32,000 nucleotides of DNA from Raphidiopsis brookii D9 (GCA_000175855.1 ACYB01000037.1:100451-132450); one strand, 5' to 3'; shown: positions 9,657 through 20,385, counted from the first letter of the stretch. The notes: generated by a model not told the origin, from the letters alone. A program made the numbers and translations.

Positions 9657-9770
9657 AAAAGTCTCAACCCTAAAAGAAGTAGCAGATGCAATACCTGGGT
9701 TTCTAACCAAAAACCCCGGGATGCGGGTTATCAATTTATTCATCCCCATATTGTTTTATAAAACACGACT

Positions 9771-11129
9771 ATGATATTAGAACCCATACAAGAACCAATA
9801 CAAGTAATAGGCGGTGGACTTGCAGGTACAGAAGCAGCATGGCAAATAGCTCAAGCAGGAGTACCCGTGATTCTACACGAGATGCGTCCCCAACGCTTTA
9901 GTCCCGCCCATCATACTGAAAACTTAGCTGAACTAGTGTGTAGTAACTCCTTTGGAGCTATGGCAAGCGATCGCGCAGCTGGGTTACTGCATGAAGAACT
10001 GCGACAACTTGACTCTATAGTTATTAGTAAAGCGGATGAACATGCAGTGCCAGCAGGTGGTGCTTTGGCGGTAGATAGGGGAAAATTTGGAGAGGATCTT
10101 ACCCAAACTCTAGCCAATCACCCTTTGATTGATTTACGACGAGGGGAGGTAAAGGAAATTCCCGGGGGGATAGTGGTTTTAGCCTCAGGACCACTAACCA
10201 GTCCCCAATTGTCCGCTGATATTCAACAATTCACAGGATTAGAATATCTCAACTTCTTTGATGCTGCTAGTCCCATAATAGTAGGGGATTCCATTAATAG
10301 GGATATTGCCTTTATGGCTTCCCGTTATGACAAAGGTGAGGCGGCCTATTTAAATTGTCCCATGAGTAAACAGCAGTATTTAGAATTTCGGGAAGCACTT
10401 TGCCAAGCGGAACAAACTGAATTAAAGGACTTTGAAAGAGAAACAGCGAAGTTTTTTGAAGCCTGTTTACCCATAGAAGAAATGGCACAAAGAGGGGAAG
10501 ACACCATGCGATATGGTCCCCTGAAACCGGTAGGTTTAACAGATGGCAGAACAGGAGAGCGTAACTACGCAGTAGTGCAGTTACGACAAGAAGATAAAGC
10601 GGGGCAACTATGGAATATGGTAGGGTTTCAAACCAATTTACGTTGGGGGGAGCAAAAACGGGTGTTTAGAATGATTCCCGGTTTGGAAAATGCCGAGTTT
10701 ATTAGATTGGGAGTAATGCACCGAAACACTTTTTTAAACGCGCCCCAGTTAATTTTGCCGACCCTGCAATTTAAACAACGACATACCCTACTAGCAGCAG
10801 GACAATTAATTGGTACAGAGGGTTATACCGCTGCATCTGCTGGTGGTTGGTTAGCAGGGACTAACGCGGCGAGAATTGCCCTGGGGAGGGAACCTCTCAC
10901 CCTACCGAACACCACAATGATGGGATCTTTATTTGAGTTTATTAGTGGTGCAGTACCCAAGCATTTTCAACCCATGCCACCCAATTTTGGCATAGTTCCA
11001 GATTTGGGCGTTAAAATCAAGAGCAAACCGGAAAAATACGGGCGTTATCGAGATAGATCATTAGCGGATTTAGATGAGTGGAAATCCCAATATTTTTCTT
11101 CTTTGAGTAGGAATCTTAACAATTCTTAA
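9771..11129 (+). CDS. trmFO: Methylenetetrahydrofolate--tRNA-(uracil54-C5)-methyltransferase TrmFO
   Basis: FAD-binding [14 protein letters not shown], then CSNSFG, QLRQED, FQTNLRW and [10 protein letters not shown], which match the TrmFO/Gid family. Length is 452 aa. Confidence 0.9.
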   Translation: MILEPIQEPIQVIGGGLAGTEAAWQIAQAGVPVILHEMRPQRFSPAHHTENLAELVCSNSFGAMASDRAAGLLHEELRQLDSIVISKADEHAVPAGGALAVDRGKFGEDLTQTLANHPLIDLRRGEVKEIPGGIVVLASGPLTSPQLSADIQQFTGLEYLNFFDAASPIIVGDSINRDIAFMASRYDKGEAAYLNCPMSKQQYLEFREALCQAEQTELKDFERETAKFFEACLPIEEMAQRGEDTMRYGPLKPVGLTDGRTGERNYAVVQLRQEDKAGQLWNMVGFQTNLRWGEQKRVFRMIPGLENAEFIRLGVMHRNTFLNAPQLILPTLQFKQRHTLLAAGQLIGTEGYTAASAGGWLAGTNAARIALGREPLTLPNTTMMGSLFEFISGAVPKHFQPMPPNFGIVPDLGVKIKSKPEKYGRYRDRSLADLDEWKSQYFSSLSRNLNNS

Positions 11130-11188
11130 TAAATTATTGGTGAAATAATTCCAGCTAACCAGCAAAACCGTGTTATATTAGAGCATGA

Positions 11189-11261
11189 GGGCGCGTGGCT
11201 CAGTGGATAGAGCAACAGATTCCGGTTCTGTGGGTCGGGGGTTCAAATCCCTCCGCGCTCG
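11189..11261 (+). tRNA. tRNA-Arg (anticodon CCG)
   Basis: Hand-folded cloverleaf. Acceptor GGGCGCG/CGCGCTC has one G-U pair. D arm GCTCAGTGGATAGAGC. Anticodon stem ACAGA/TCTGT with loop TTCCGGT. T arm GGGGG-TTCAAAT-CCCTC. Discriminator G. CCA is not encoded. Confidence 0.9.
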
Positions 11262-11358
11262 CCTAGTTAACGCTGGATGTTATTTGTCAGCAAAGGATCA
11301 GCCACTTGAAATTCAGCTACGAGCCCCAGGTTTTGGAAGCATACTTGGGATAACCGGT

Positions 11359-12396
11359 CTAGATTTCCAACTCACGTGCAATCAGGGACATAGAATAACA
11401 AAATACCCAGTAAATTACCCCAATAAATATATAAACCTCCATGTATCTACCCAGAAATTGTGGTTGTGCTAGAATGGAACGGGCAATTCCGGTTAATTCC
11501 ACTAAACCCACAAGGGACAATAATGAGGTATCCTTGAATAAACCAATAAACTGCCCTACAATTGTGGGGATTACCGCTCGCAAAGCTTGAGGTAATATAA
11601 CCAATATCAGGAGCAAGAAGGTATTTAAACCCAACGCTCTTGCTGCTTCAAATTGTCCTCTGGGTATGGATTGCAGTCCCCCACGCACATTTTCTGCCAT
11701 ATAAGCGGCACTAAATAAAACCAGCCCCGCAACACCCCTAACTAATCTGTCTAAACGCCAATTGTCAGGTAGAAACAGAGGTAACATCACCTGGGCAATA
11801 AACAAAATCCCTATGAGCGGTAAACCTCTAACTAGCTCAATGTAGAGAATAGAAAACCAGCGAATTACAGGCAATTCACTGTTTCTTCCTAATGCTAATA
11901 GTACACCGAGAGGAAAGGAAAGTACTATACTAACGAATGCCATTAACAAGGTTAGTAAAAGTCCATTCCATAAATTTGTAGGAACAGATTGTAACCCCAA
12001 ACCACCACCAAGTAACCAAATAGTAATGATAAAAGTTAAGAACCATATAGGTGCTAACAGAGGTACAATTAATTGATAGGCTTTTTGAAGCAATTGGTTT
12101 TCAGGCAAATGGTATTTTGCATCAACCCATACCAAGTTATCAACCCTATAATAGAATTGATTGCCAAAGCTAGCCAGATTCGCCAATATAAAGCCTGGGG
12201 GAATCTGCCAACTAAAAATAAAATGGATATTTGCCGTAACAACTTCCCACTTGGCTTGATTAAATATCCAAAATAATATGCCTTTACCTAGGGAAAATAA
12301 AACAATTACACAAACTATAGTTAATACCCCGTTATACCAGTTATTAAATAGATTTTTTCTAAGCCAAATTAGCTGATCCATAATTAGCATTACCAA
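11359..12396 (-). CDS. Amino acid ABC transporter permease (AapM/NatH-type)
   Basis: Polytopic membrane ORF with the His/Glu/Gln-type permease EAA region (GGLQSIPRGQFEAARALGL). It is the last gene of a binding-protein/permease/permease set. Confidence 0.85.
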   Translation of the reverse strand: MVMLIMDQLIWLRKNLFNNWYNGVLTIVCVIVLFSLGKGILFWIFNQAKWEVVTANIHFIFSWQIPPGFILANLASFGNQFYYRVDNLVWVDAKYHLPENQLLQKAYQLIVPLLAPIWFLTFIITIWLLGGGLGLQSVPTNLWNGLLLTLLMAFVSIVLSFPLGVLLALGRNSELPVIRWFSILYIELVRGLPLIGILFIAQVMLPLFLPDNWRLDRLVRGVAGLVLFSAAYMAENVRGGLQSIPRGQFEAARALGLNTFLLLILVILPQALRAVIPTIVGQFIGLFKDTSLLSLVGLVELTGIARSILAQPQFLGRYMEVYIFIGVIYWVFCYSMSLIARELEI

Positions 12397-12404
12397 CGTG
12401 ATTA

Positions 12405-13346
12405 TTATCTTTCTTTAATTTGGACAGTGCGATTGATTAAATTCATTACTATAGAAATAGTTAAGCTTAAAGTTAAATAGGTGATCATCAATAAAACCAT
12501 GACTTCCACAGCTTTTCCTGTTTGGTTAAAGGTGGTAGAAGCGACAAAATACATATCTGGATAACCAATAGCGATCGCTAAACTAGAATTTTTCATCAAA
12601 TTCAAATATTGACTGGTAAGTGGGGGGACAATCAGCTTTAAAGCCTGGGGAAATATTATCAACCTCATTAACAAACCAGATCTTAACCCTAAAGATAATC
12701 CTGCGTCCCACTGTCCCTGGGAGACTGACTTTATACCCGCTCTGACAATTTCTGCTACAAAAGCACCGGTGTAAAATGTCAGACCTAATAACAGGGTACA
12801 AAATTCTGGAGTTAGATTAACTCCCTGATAGGTGAGGGTGGGTAAATCTATGCCATTTTGACTCAGGTAACCTAAACCAAAAAGAGAAATTTTATTTTCT
12901 GGTTTTGGTAAAGATAGAAAAACTCCAAAATACCAAAATAACAACTGCAATAATAAAGGAGTGTTTCTAAAAATCTCCACGTAAACTAAACTGATATTTC
13001 TTACTAACCAATTATCAGATAAACGCCCTATACCAGCAGTTATTCCCACAACCGTAGCCAACAAAATTCCTAAAGTTGCTACTCGCAAGGAATTAACTAG
13101 TCCCACAGCTAAAGCGCGCCCATAGGATTCAGTAGCATCATATTTAACTAGGCTTTCACCAATGTCAAAAGATGCTTGTTGTCCAAGAAAATCCCACCCA
13201 AAACTAATACCCAACTGACGTAAGTTATGGTTAGCATTATTCCATAGGATATTCACTATACCCAAGGCCATAAGTATGGCTACAACCTGTATGGCAATTT
13301 GCCAGAAACGATAATTACGCCATATTGGTGGTTGGGAATTAGTCAT
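12405..13346 (-). CDS. Amino acid ABC transporter permease (AapQ/NatG-type)
   Basis: Polytopic membrane ORF with the EAA-like region IVRAGIKSVSQGQWDAGLSLGL. It lies 8 nt upstream of the second permease. Confidence 0.85.
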   Translation of the reverse strand: MTNSQPPIWRNYRFWQIAIQVVAILMALGIVNILWNNANHNLRQLGISFGWDFLGQQASFDIGESLVKYDATESYGRALAVGLVNSLRVATLGILLATVVGITAGIGRLSDNWLVRNISLVYVEIFRNTPLLLQLLFWYFGVFLSLPKPENKISLFGLGYLSQNGIDLPTLTYQGVNLTPEFCTLLLGLTFYTGAFVAEIVRAGIKSVSQGQWDAGLSLGLRSGLLMRLIIFPQALKLIVPPLTSQYLNLMKNSSLAIAIGYPDMYFVASTTFNQTGKAVEVMVLLMITYLTLSLTISIVMNLINRTVQIKER

Positions 13347-13379
13347 TGGTTATCTTCTCCAAATATTACCGGTTGGGAA

Positions 13380-14435
13380 CTAACGAAATGGTGGAGAATA
13401 GAGTAGACCACCCTTACTATAAAGTTCATTTTGTCCACGGGGGAGATTCAGTTTGGTTTTAGACCCTAAATTGCGATCATAAATTTCCCCGTAGTTACCA
13501 ACATGCTTAATTATTCGAGCAGCAAAATCATTGGTTAAACCTATACCTTTACCTAGGTTACCTTCTGTGCCTAAAAAACGTTTAATTTCCGGATCCTTAC
13601 TATTGGCAAATTGGGATATGTTTTGAGAGTTAATGCCTAACTCTTCAGCCTTGATTAGGGCGTAAACACTCCATTTAACAATATTATTCCATTGAGGGTC
13701 CCCCTGAGCAACTGCGGGAGCCAAAGGTTCTGAAGAAAGCAATTCATTCAGAATAATATTATCTTCAGGTTTGGGTAAGGTAGTACGTCGGGAAATTAAG
13801 GCTGAACGATCAGCAGTTACCGCATCACAACGACCTTCCGAATAGGTGGCAAAGGTAACGTTAATGTCTTCAAAAACTACGGGTTTATAACTAATGCCCC
13901 GCTTCCGCATTTGGTCAGCTAAATTTTGTTCCGTGGTTGTACCCGTTTGCGTGCAGATGGCTTTGTTTTTTAAATCAGCTAAGGAATTAATACCACTATT
14001 TTTACGGATCATGATTCCTTGACCATCATATAGTACCACGGGTGAAAAATATAGACCCATAGAAGTGTCACGACTAAAAGTCCATGTGGTATTACGACTA
14101 AGTAAATCTATCTCACCAGTTTGCAAAGCTGTGAATCTTTCTTTAGCACTAAGATTACGAAACTCTACTTTGTCCGGATTGTCAAATAAGGCAGCTGCAA
14201 CAGCGCGACAAACATCCACATCAATACCGGCATATTTACCATCAGTTTGCACAAAGCTAAATCCAGGTAACTCACCACTCACACCACAAACTAAACGGAG
14301 ATTGGTTTTAACTTTATCAGTAGTATTGCGTGGTTGTGCTGTTGATGTAGATGTGCTGCTACTAGGACTGCTATTGCAACCCAAAAGGGCAAAAATAAGA
14401 GGACCAACTACTAAAAACAAAAATGATTTTGCCAT
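13380..14435 (-). CDS. Amino acid ABC transporter substrate-binding lipoprotein (AapJ/NatF-type)
   Basis: Periplasmic binding protein pattern for general L-amino-acid systems. I prefer the ATG at 14435 (MAKSFLFLVVGPLIFALLGC, lipobox LLGC plus a Ser/Thr linker) over the longest ORF start at 14516. Confidence 0.8.
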   Translation of the reverse strand: MAKSFLFLVVGPLIFALLGCNSSPSSSTSTSTAQPRNTTDKVKTNLRLVCGVSGELPGFSFVQTDGKYAGIDVDVCRAVAAALFDNPDKVEFRNLSAKERFTALQTGEIDLLSRNTTWTFSRDTSMGLYFSPVVLYDGQGIMIRKNSGINSLADLKNKAICTQTGTTTEQNLADQMRKRGISYKPVVFEDINVTFATYSEGRCDAVTADRSALISRRTTLPKPEDNIILNELLSSEPLAPAVAQGDPQWNNIVKWSVYALIKAEELGINSQNISQFANSKDPEIKRFLGTEGNLGKGIGLTNDFAARIIKHVGNYGEIYDRNLGSKTKLNLPRGQNELYSKGGLLYSPPFR

Positions 14436-14752
14436 AACTCTGCTACAATGGTAAATATCAGGATAAACCCGGGGGTAATTATAGTAAATTTTCTTAAGTA
14501 CTGTCAATGGTTTCAACTATATAACTCATACCCTATAATACGATGGAACCTGGGGTTTTAAACAGCAATTGTAGCCATTCTCACATTCCTTAAACCAATG
14601 GTTAATGCTGCTTCACTTCCTCTCAAAAATATCCATAGCAAGTTAAGATGGTTGTGGTGGAGTTCTCAAACTTCCCGGTCATGATACCACCATGACTATC
14701 CATATAGTCGTTTTTTAGTAAATATTAACAAACTGATATCGCTTGAATTTTT

Positions 14753-15403
14753 ATGACATCATACACAACTTCCTCTGCTAAAGCAGAAATGAGCGAACTT
14801 AGAAGATTAAAGAGTCTACTCCCACCAGAATTACAAAGTTGGGTAATTGTGGAAGGAACAACAGAAGTCAGTCCTCCTTTGATTCGTTCTGAAGAAATTG
14901 GTAAAGACCAAGTGGAGATTCAAATTGATTTAATTAAGTGGGATGCCTTAGCTATGGACCAGCGTAACCTTCTATTTTGGCATGAGGTGGGACGTATTCA
15001 AAATGATACTATCCCTAAAGATGGGTGGGAAATGGCTGCGTTGGCTATTGGTTTAGGTGGTGCTGTAGGTGAATTGTGGGTGCAGGATGGATTATTATTA
15101 GTTTTGGCTTTAGCTCTTTGTGGAGTTTCTGGCTGGCGACTATATCAAAAAAACAATGGCACAAAGCAAACAAAAGAGTTAATTGATGCTGATGAAAAGG
15201 CTATTACCTTGGCTACGCGATTTGGTTACACTTTACCTAATGCCTATAAAAGCTTAGGAAGTGCTCTTAAAACTTTAATTGATACTACCCCGGGTAAGCG
15301 TCAGCGTTCTCGTTACGAAGCTAGGCTTTCTGCTCTTAAACGTAGTGCTAATAAGGCTAAATCTAGGTCTAACAATTCTAACAATGTAGATGAAAACTAC
15401 TAA
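14753..15403 (+). CDS. Conserved hypothetical membrane protein
   Basis: A 216 aa ORF with two adjacent hydrophobic helices (AALAIGLGGAVGELW / LLLVLALALCGVSGW) and a basic C-terminal tail. It resembles a cyanobacteria-restricted DUF, but I cannot name the family with confidence. Confidence 0.6.
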   Translation: MTSYTTSSAKAEMSELRRLKSLLPPELQSWVIVEGTTEVSPPLIRSEEIGKDQVEIQIDLIKWDALAMDQRNLLFWHEVGRIQNDTIPKDGWEMAALAIGLGGAVGELWVQDGLLLVLALALCGVSGWRLYQKNNGTKQTKELIDADEKAITLATRFGYTLPNAYKSLGSALKTLIDTTPGKRQRSRYEARLSALKRSANKAKSRSNNSNNVDENY

Positions 15404-15747
15404 TTCAACTACTTATTTCTAAATATAAAGTTTGTGTTGTTCTAGTGGAAAAAATGAAAGTTTATTGGCATTTCCCAAAAAGGTAAGCATGATACTTTTC
15501 GTCAATATAGGGAAATTTATCATAGGATTAAACAGTCTAAACTGTTTTCTATTCGTAAAGTAGCCACTAGCATCTATCCCAGGAAAGACAATTATTAGTT
15601 GAAACTAGTTGAGAACCTCTACCCCTTGGGTAGGGGATAAACAGGGGGAAAGATTTACCCTAGAGATGTTTATTTTCACCCAAAACCAAACATTCCGGGT
15701 GGGTAAGCGTGGCGGAATCTTAGATAGTAACCCAAGTTGATAGCTTC

Positions 15748-16770
15748 ATGACTGGAAAATTCGTAGAAATAGATCTTCCGGTTCATTATCTGGAAGGTAC
15801 GATGGTAGTGCAGGTTTCAAATCGTCTTAGCGTAAATGAAGCCATTTGCTTTAAAGAGACTTGCCGGGATCTAATTGAGTCTAACCTGGATTCTAAAGTT
15901 CTATTGATAGACTTTAATAACACAACTTTTATGGATAGTAGTGGGTTAGGGGCTTTAGTAAGTATTTTTAGGTCCGCTCAACAGAAGGGAATAGAATTGA
16001 CACTGGATAACGTAACCCCACAAGTGATGGCAGTCCTTAATTTAACGGGATTGGATCAGGTATTTATAATTAAATCTTCTGTAACCAATAAAACTTCAGA
16101 ATTGACTAACTCCGCAAACAGTTGTGTCAGTAATTGTAGACCAGAAGATCTACCATCAACTCATCCTTGTGTAAAGTCTAGGATGAAAAGAATTATTGAT
16201 ATAGTTGGGTCTTTAGTAGGGTTAGTAATTACAGTATGTTTATTGATTCCCATTGGGATTGCCATCAGCATCAATGATCCAGGTCCGATTTTTTTTAGAC
16301 AGATCCGTTGTGGGTGGATGGGTAAACGTTTTTATATTTGGAAGTTCCGTTCCATGTGTGTAGATGCGGAAGCCAAAAAGTCCCAGGTAAAAAATCAAGT
16401 AGCTGGGGCATTTTTTAAAAACGATCATGACCCTAGGATTACCAAAGTAGGACGTTTTTTGCGTCGCACCAGTCTGGATGAACTGCCACAATTTTGGAAC
16501 GTGTTAAAAGGGGAAATGAGTTTAGTTGGTACTCGTCCACCCACCCCTGATGAGGTGGAACTATACGAAGTGCCAGAATGGCAACGCTTAGACGTGAAAC
16601 CAGGGATGACTGGGGAATGGCAAGTAAATGGTCGCTCCAAAGTACGGAATTTTGAGGATGTTATTCGTCTGGACCTACAGTATCAGAAAAATTGGAGTTT
16701 AGTTTACGATTTGCAATTAATTGTTAAAACTATATCCATTTTATTTAATAAAAACAGTGGTGCTGTTTAA
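15748..16770 (+). CDS. STAS (anti-sigma antagonist-like) domain fused to a bacterial sugar transferase (polyprenyl-phosphate glycosyl-1-phosphate transferase)
   Basis: The N-terminal ~110 aa form a SpoIIAA-like STAS domain including [11 protein letters not shown]. Then come one TM helix ([22 protein letters not shown]) and the Bac_transf core: [11 protein letters not shown]..., [44 protein letters not shown]. Confidence 0.8.
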   Translation: MTGKFVEIDLPVHYLEGTMVVQVSNRLSVNEAICFKETCRDLIESNLDSKVLLIDFNNTTFMDSSGLGALVSIFRSAQQKGIELTLDNVTPQVMAVLNLTGLDQVFIIKSSVTNKTSELTNSANSCVSNCRPEDLPSTHPCVKSRMKRIIDIVGSLVGLVITVCLLIPIGIAISINDPGPIFFRQIRCGWMGKRFYIWKFRSMCVDAEAKKSQVKNQVAGAFFKNDHDPRITKVGRFLRRTSLDELPQFWNVLKGEMSLVGTRPPTPDEVELYEVPEWQRLDVKPGMTGEWQVNGRSKVRNFEDVIRLDLQYQKNWSLVYDLQLIVKTISILFNKNSGAV

Positions 16771-16873
16771 ATTCTCGGATAAATCCGGAAAATAGTCTGT
16801 TGTGGTTCATGACTCCCGTGGGATATAATGTTTTTAAAGACGCTCCGATGAACGTCTTTAAAATTGAGGGAAC

Positions 16874-17665
16874 ATGAGAACCACTAACCAAAAAATTATC
16901 CAGGTTGACGCTTTTACCAACAAACCATTTCAAGGTAACCCTGCTGGGGTTTGCGTGTTGACCAATTCCGAATCTGACGAGTGGATGCAGCAAGTAGCTC
17001 AAGAAATGAATTTATCAGAAACAGCCTTTTTGCTACCAGAAAATGACGGTTTCAATTTACGGTGGTTCACGCCAACCACAGAAGTTCCCCTGTGCGGTCA
17101 TGCTACCTTAGCTAGTGCCCACGTCCTCTGGTCAGAAGGATATTTATCACCAGAACAAAAAGCCCGATTTTATACTAAAAGTGGTCTATTGATTGCGAAA
17201 AAGCAAGATGATTGGATTGAATTAGATTTTCCCGTTAATCATTCCCAAATTGTGGAACCACCACCTTTATTAAATGAGGTTTTAGGAGTTGGTTACAAAT
17301 CAGTTTCTTTGAACTCCCTTGGTTATTTAGTGGAATTAGCCTCTCCACAATTAGTGCGACAAATACAGCCAGATTTCCAACAAATGAGACTGCTACCAGT
17401 CAAGAGTATGATTGTTACTAGCACCGGTGATCTGGAATATGATTTTATATCTCGTTTTTTTGCCCCCGGTTTTGGTATTGACGAAGACCCAGTAACTGGT
17501 GCTGCACATTGTTGTTTGGCTCCCTTTTGGCGATATAAACTGCAAAAAGATACTTTTTTAGCCTATCAAGCTTCTCAACGGGGCGGAATACTCAGAGTAA
17601 CCTATTCGGGAGGAAATCGGGTTTTTTTAAGCGGACAGGCTATTACCGTTGAGAACATTACCTAG
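16874..17665 (+). CDS. PhzF family isomerase-like protein
   Basis: VDAFTNKPFQGNPAGV, SETAFL, FTPTTEVPLCGHATLA and EDPVTGAAHCCLAPFW are typical PhzF/YddE family blocks. Confidence 0.85.
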   Translation: MRTTNQKIIQVDAFTNKPFQGNPAGVCVLTNSESDEWMQQVAQEMNLSETAFLLPENDGFNLRWFTPTTEVPLCGHATLASAHVLWSEGYLSPEQKARFYTKSGLLIAKKQDDWIELDFPVNHSQIVEPPPLLNEVLGVGYKSVSLNSLGYLVELASPQLVRQIQPDFQQMRLLPVKSMIVTSTGDLEYDFISRFFAPGFGIDEDPVTGAAHCCLAPFWRYKLQKDTFLAYQASQRGGILRVTYSGGNRVFLSGQAITVENIT

Positions 17666-17861
17666 AAAGCTTATTGGCTTTAACAGTCTCTAGGTCTGGG
17701 TTAATTCAAACAATCACGGTTAATTTCCTGGCGATCGCACTGAACTAACTCTCATGCGATCGCCCTTGAGGTTCCCGCACCACTGCATCCTCAAAACTAG
17801 TATAATGGGGGAGTCCTATGAGATTTAAATCATTTTGACGCTTCTTTAGTCTAAACTCCAG

Positions 17862-18350
17862 TTATTCAGCACTCAGTCCCTGTTTTTGCAATAAATCTGC
17901 TGCTTTTTGTAAGTCAGCAATGGCACCCTGATTATCTCCTAACCTACTGCGTACAACACCCCGATTGTAGTAAAAATCAGCGTGAGGGCTGAGCTTGATA
18001 GCTTGGTCTATTGCATCTATGGCTTCTTGATATCTTTTTAAATTAGATAATACTACCAATTTCTCATTATATAGATTGGGATTATTAGGCTGTAGTTTTA
18101 TAGCTTGATTAATAGCTAGTAATGCTTGATCAGATCTACCTAATTTTGTATTTGCTAAACTTAAAATAGTCCATGCTAGAACAGAATCAGATTTAGCTTT
18201 GACAGCTTCCTCTAAAGCTATTACTGCCTCCATAACTTTCCCACTCCTACTTAATGCTAAACCCTTGCCATAATAGGCTAGATGAATAAATTCTGGTTTC
18301 TGTTTAATTGCATTATCAAATGCTGTTATTGCCTCTGGATAACGACCCAA
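17862..18350 (-). CDS. Tetratricopeptide repeat protein (probably the surviving C-terminal part of a longer gene)
   Basis: Four to five TPR units (..EAI.AFD.AIK..P......Y.G.AL...G). The only start is a TTG, and the frame continues upstream with TPR-like sequence up to an in-frame TGA (see findings). Confidence 0.65.
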   Translation of the reverse strand: MGRYPEAITAFDNAIKQKPEFIHLAYYGKGLALSRSGKVMEAVIALEEAVKAKSDSVLAWTILSLANTKLGRSDQALLAINQAIKLQPNNPNLYNEKLVVLSNLKRYQEAIDAIDQAIKLSPHADFYYNRGVVRSRLGDNQGAIADLQKAADLLQKQGLSAE

Positions 18351-18405
18351 CCTCCATAGTTGATTTCCCGTTTCTAACCAATTAAATAGGTCAGTTCAAC
18401 CGGAT

Positions 18406-18435
18406 CACTATGGCGATTAACACTATGGCGATTAA
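18406..18435. repeat. Perfect 15-nt tandem duplication CACTATGGCGATTAA x2
   Basis: Direct reading: copy 1 at 18406-18420 and copy 2 at 18421-18435. On the minus strand it encodes LIAIV-LIAIV in a hydrophobic segment upstream of the TPR ORF. Confidence 0.95.
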
Positions 18436-18570
18436 GTAGTACATACCATAATTAATACCTTTGCCAATTTTCCAAATATAGGGCTGAAACCCAATAAAGA
18501 AACCCAATAAAATCGTCACGATATCAATACGGTTTCATAATTTTGGCAGCAGTATTAATAATTACTAACT

Positions 18571-20294
18571 TTACACTGAGTAGTGTCTTGATGTGTAAAC
18601 CCAGATGTTTCCCCCAAGAGATTGTATTTTCCTAGTATGGGAAGAGCCAACGATAATTAAAGTCCGCATATCCGCATCCTCGGGATTCAATTCCTCTAGA
18701 TTTGTAACTTTTAATCTTTGTCCAGGTCGACCAATATTGCTTCCTAATATTACAGGAGTATCAGGTTTTCTGTACTCCAATAATATATTCTTGGCTGCGG
18801 TTAATTGCCAAGTTCTTGACTGAGAAATTGGATTATAAAATACAATCACAAAATCCCCTTGCGCAGCATTAGTAATTCTTTGGACAATAACTTCCCAGGG
18901 TTTTAAAATATCAGAGAGAGAAATTACACAGAAATCATGTCCTAGGGGAGCACCTATGGTAGCAGCAGTGGCCTGCATGGCAGAAATACCGGGGGCTACT
19001 TGAATATCAATTGTCTGCCATTCTGGTTGATTATATTGACCTTTTTCTAGAACTTCAAAAACTGCTGTGGCCATGGCATAAATACCTGGATCTCCGGAAG
19101 AAACTACTGCTACATATTTGCCTTGCACAGCTAAATCTAGGGCTTTTTTGGCCCGGGATTCTTCTTCTCGATTGTCAGATTCATGTATGTTCTTGCCATC
19201 AGCTAATTCACCAATTAGGTTAATATATGTTTTGTAACCAACCAAATCAGTGGCATTCCGTAAAATTTCCTGAACTTCAGGAGACATCCATTGTACACCG
19301 CCTGGTCCTGTACCAATAATCGCTAGTTTTCCCCTCCCTTTGCCAATAGTTTCCGGATCGATAATGTCTGTGGCAATGCTCAGGGTGATGGGAGAAAATG
19401 GCGATTCAAATGATGTATGATATGTATTATTTCCCGTCATACCAGCAGCAACCACGGCTTCGTGAAAACTGTATCCTTTGTCAGTCAGTTCTTGTATTTG
19501 ATTTGTGGTTAAGAATCTGGCTGGTATGGAAAATGTTTTGCTAATTTCCTGCAAAATCGAATTATTAGCTAGGGAAAGAGGTGCAATTATCACTGCCAAT
19601 GCTTGAGAGGAAATTTCCGCTTGTGCTAATAGTTCATAAATATGGTTGATTGTTTCAACTTCAAGAGAAGATAGGGTAATCGCCACCCTTTGTGGATGAT
19701 AAACTAAACAATCAGGTGGGGGAATCAGGTGTTTTTCTGTAACTTGAATAGTTAATTCTCCCCTATCATCTATGGGCAAATTACTGGCACTCAACCAGGG
19801 AGCTGTTCCTTCTAATTTAACTTTTGCTCCTGCTAATAAATCAGCTATAAATTTTTTCCCATCCTCCACATTAGCTAAATAATACCCCCTGGGTGGAGAT
19901 AATAAAGCTGTGCGAAATCTTAAATCTCCCGTGGTTGTAATGGAGGGTTTGACATTTAAACCAGCTCCTATTTGCCGTGCTAGTTCGTTTACTCCAGTTA
20001 ACCCACCTAACAGGGGAACTACTGCACTACTATCTTCCGCTACAGCTAATAGGGGTGGTTCTTGATTTTTATTGGTAATCAGATGTGCTACTGTTCTAAT
20101 TAAAATCCCCGCAGCACATATACCAATTATGGGGTTCCCGTCACAAATAATTGTCTCAGGGTATCTCCAAAATCGGTAAAGCTCACATCCACATCACAGG
20201 TACGATTGGCTAAACCATATATTTTGGCACCCGGTATAACGCCAACAATTTTTTTTGCCACTGTGAGACTATTCTGACTGAGAATTATAACCAC
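18571..20294 (-). pseudogene. cobJ: CbiG / precorrin-3B C17-methyltransferase (CobJ/CbiH) fusion, interrupted by a 1-nt frameshift or sequencing error
   Basis: The C-terminal ~245 aa are a tetrapyrrole methylase (KLAIIGTGPGG...VSSGDPGIYAMA). Upstream is CbiG-like sequence (ICAAGILIRTVAHL...LLAVAEDSSAVVPLLGG..GVNELARQIG). CbiG homology continues from a GTG at 20294 in another frame (VVIILSQNSLTVAKKIVG...FVTGTP), which stops at 20129-20127. The frames join at the run 20131-20134. Confidence 0.75.
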
Positions 20295-20385
20295 CGGTTT
20301 TGTTGTGTTTTTTCTAATCTATCCATAATATTATTGTCACAATGTAGTTTGATGTAGTTAGCCTAAACTAGATTTAATTTGTAAA

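Noticed and set aside
11185-11472. A 95 aa plus-strand ORF
   Set aside because: It reads straight through the tRNA-Arg gene and then runs antisense into the permease gene, so it is not coding.
12073-14454. Small ORFs 12073..12276 (+), 12583..12801 (-) and 14065..14454 (+) within the ABC transporter genes
   Set aside because: They are antisense or out of frame relative to well-supported transporter genes.
11262-14516. Absence of an ATPase gene next to the binding-protein/permease/permease genes
   Set aside because: In cyanobacterial N-II/Bgt-type systems the ATPase can be encoded separately or shared. Its absence here is not evidence of a defective transporter.
16240-17002. Minus-strand ORFs 16240..16491, 16425..16640 and 16745..17002
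   Set aside because: They lie antisense to the sugar transferase gene and the PhzF 5' region and have no motifs.
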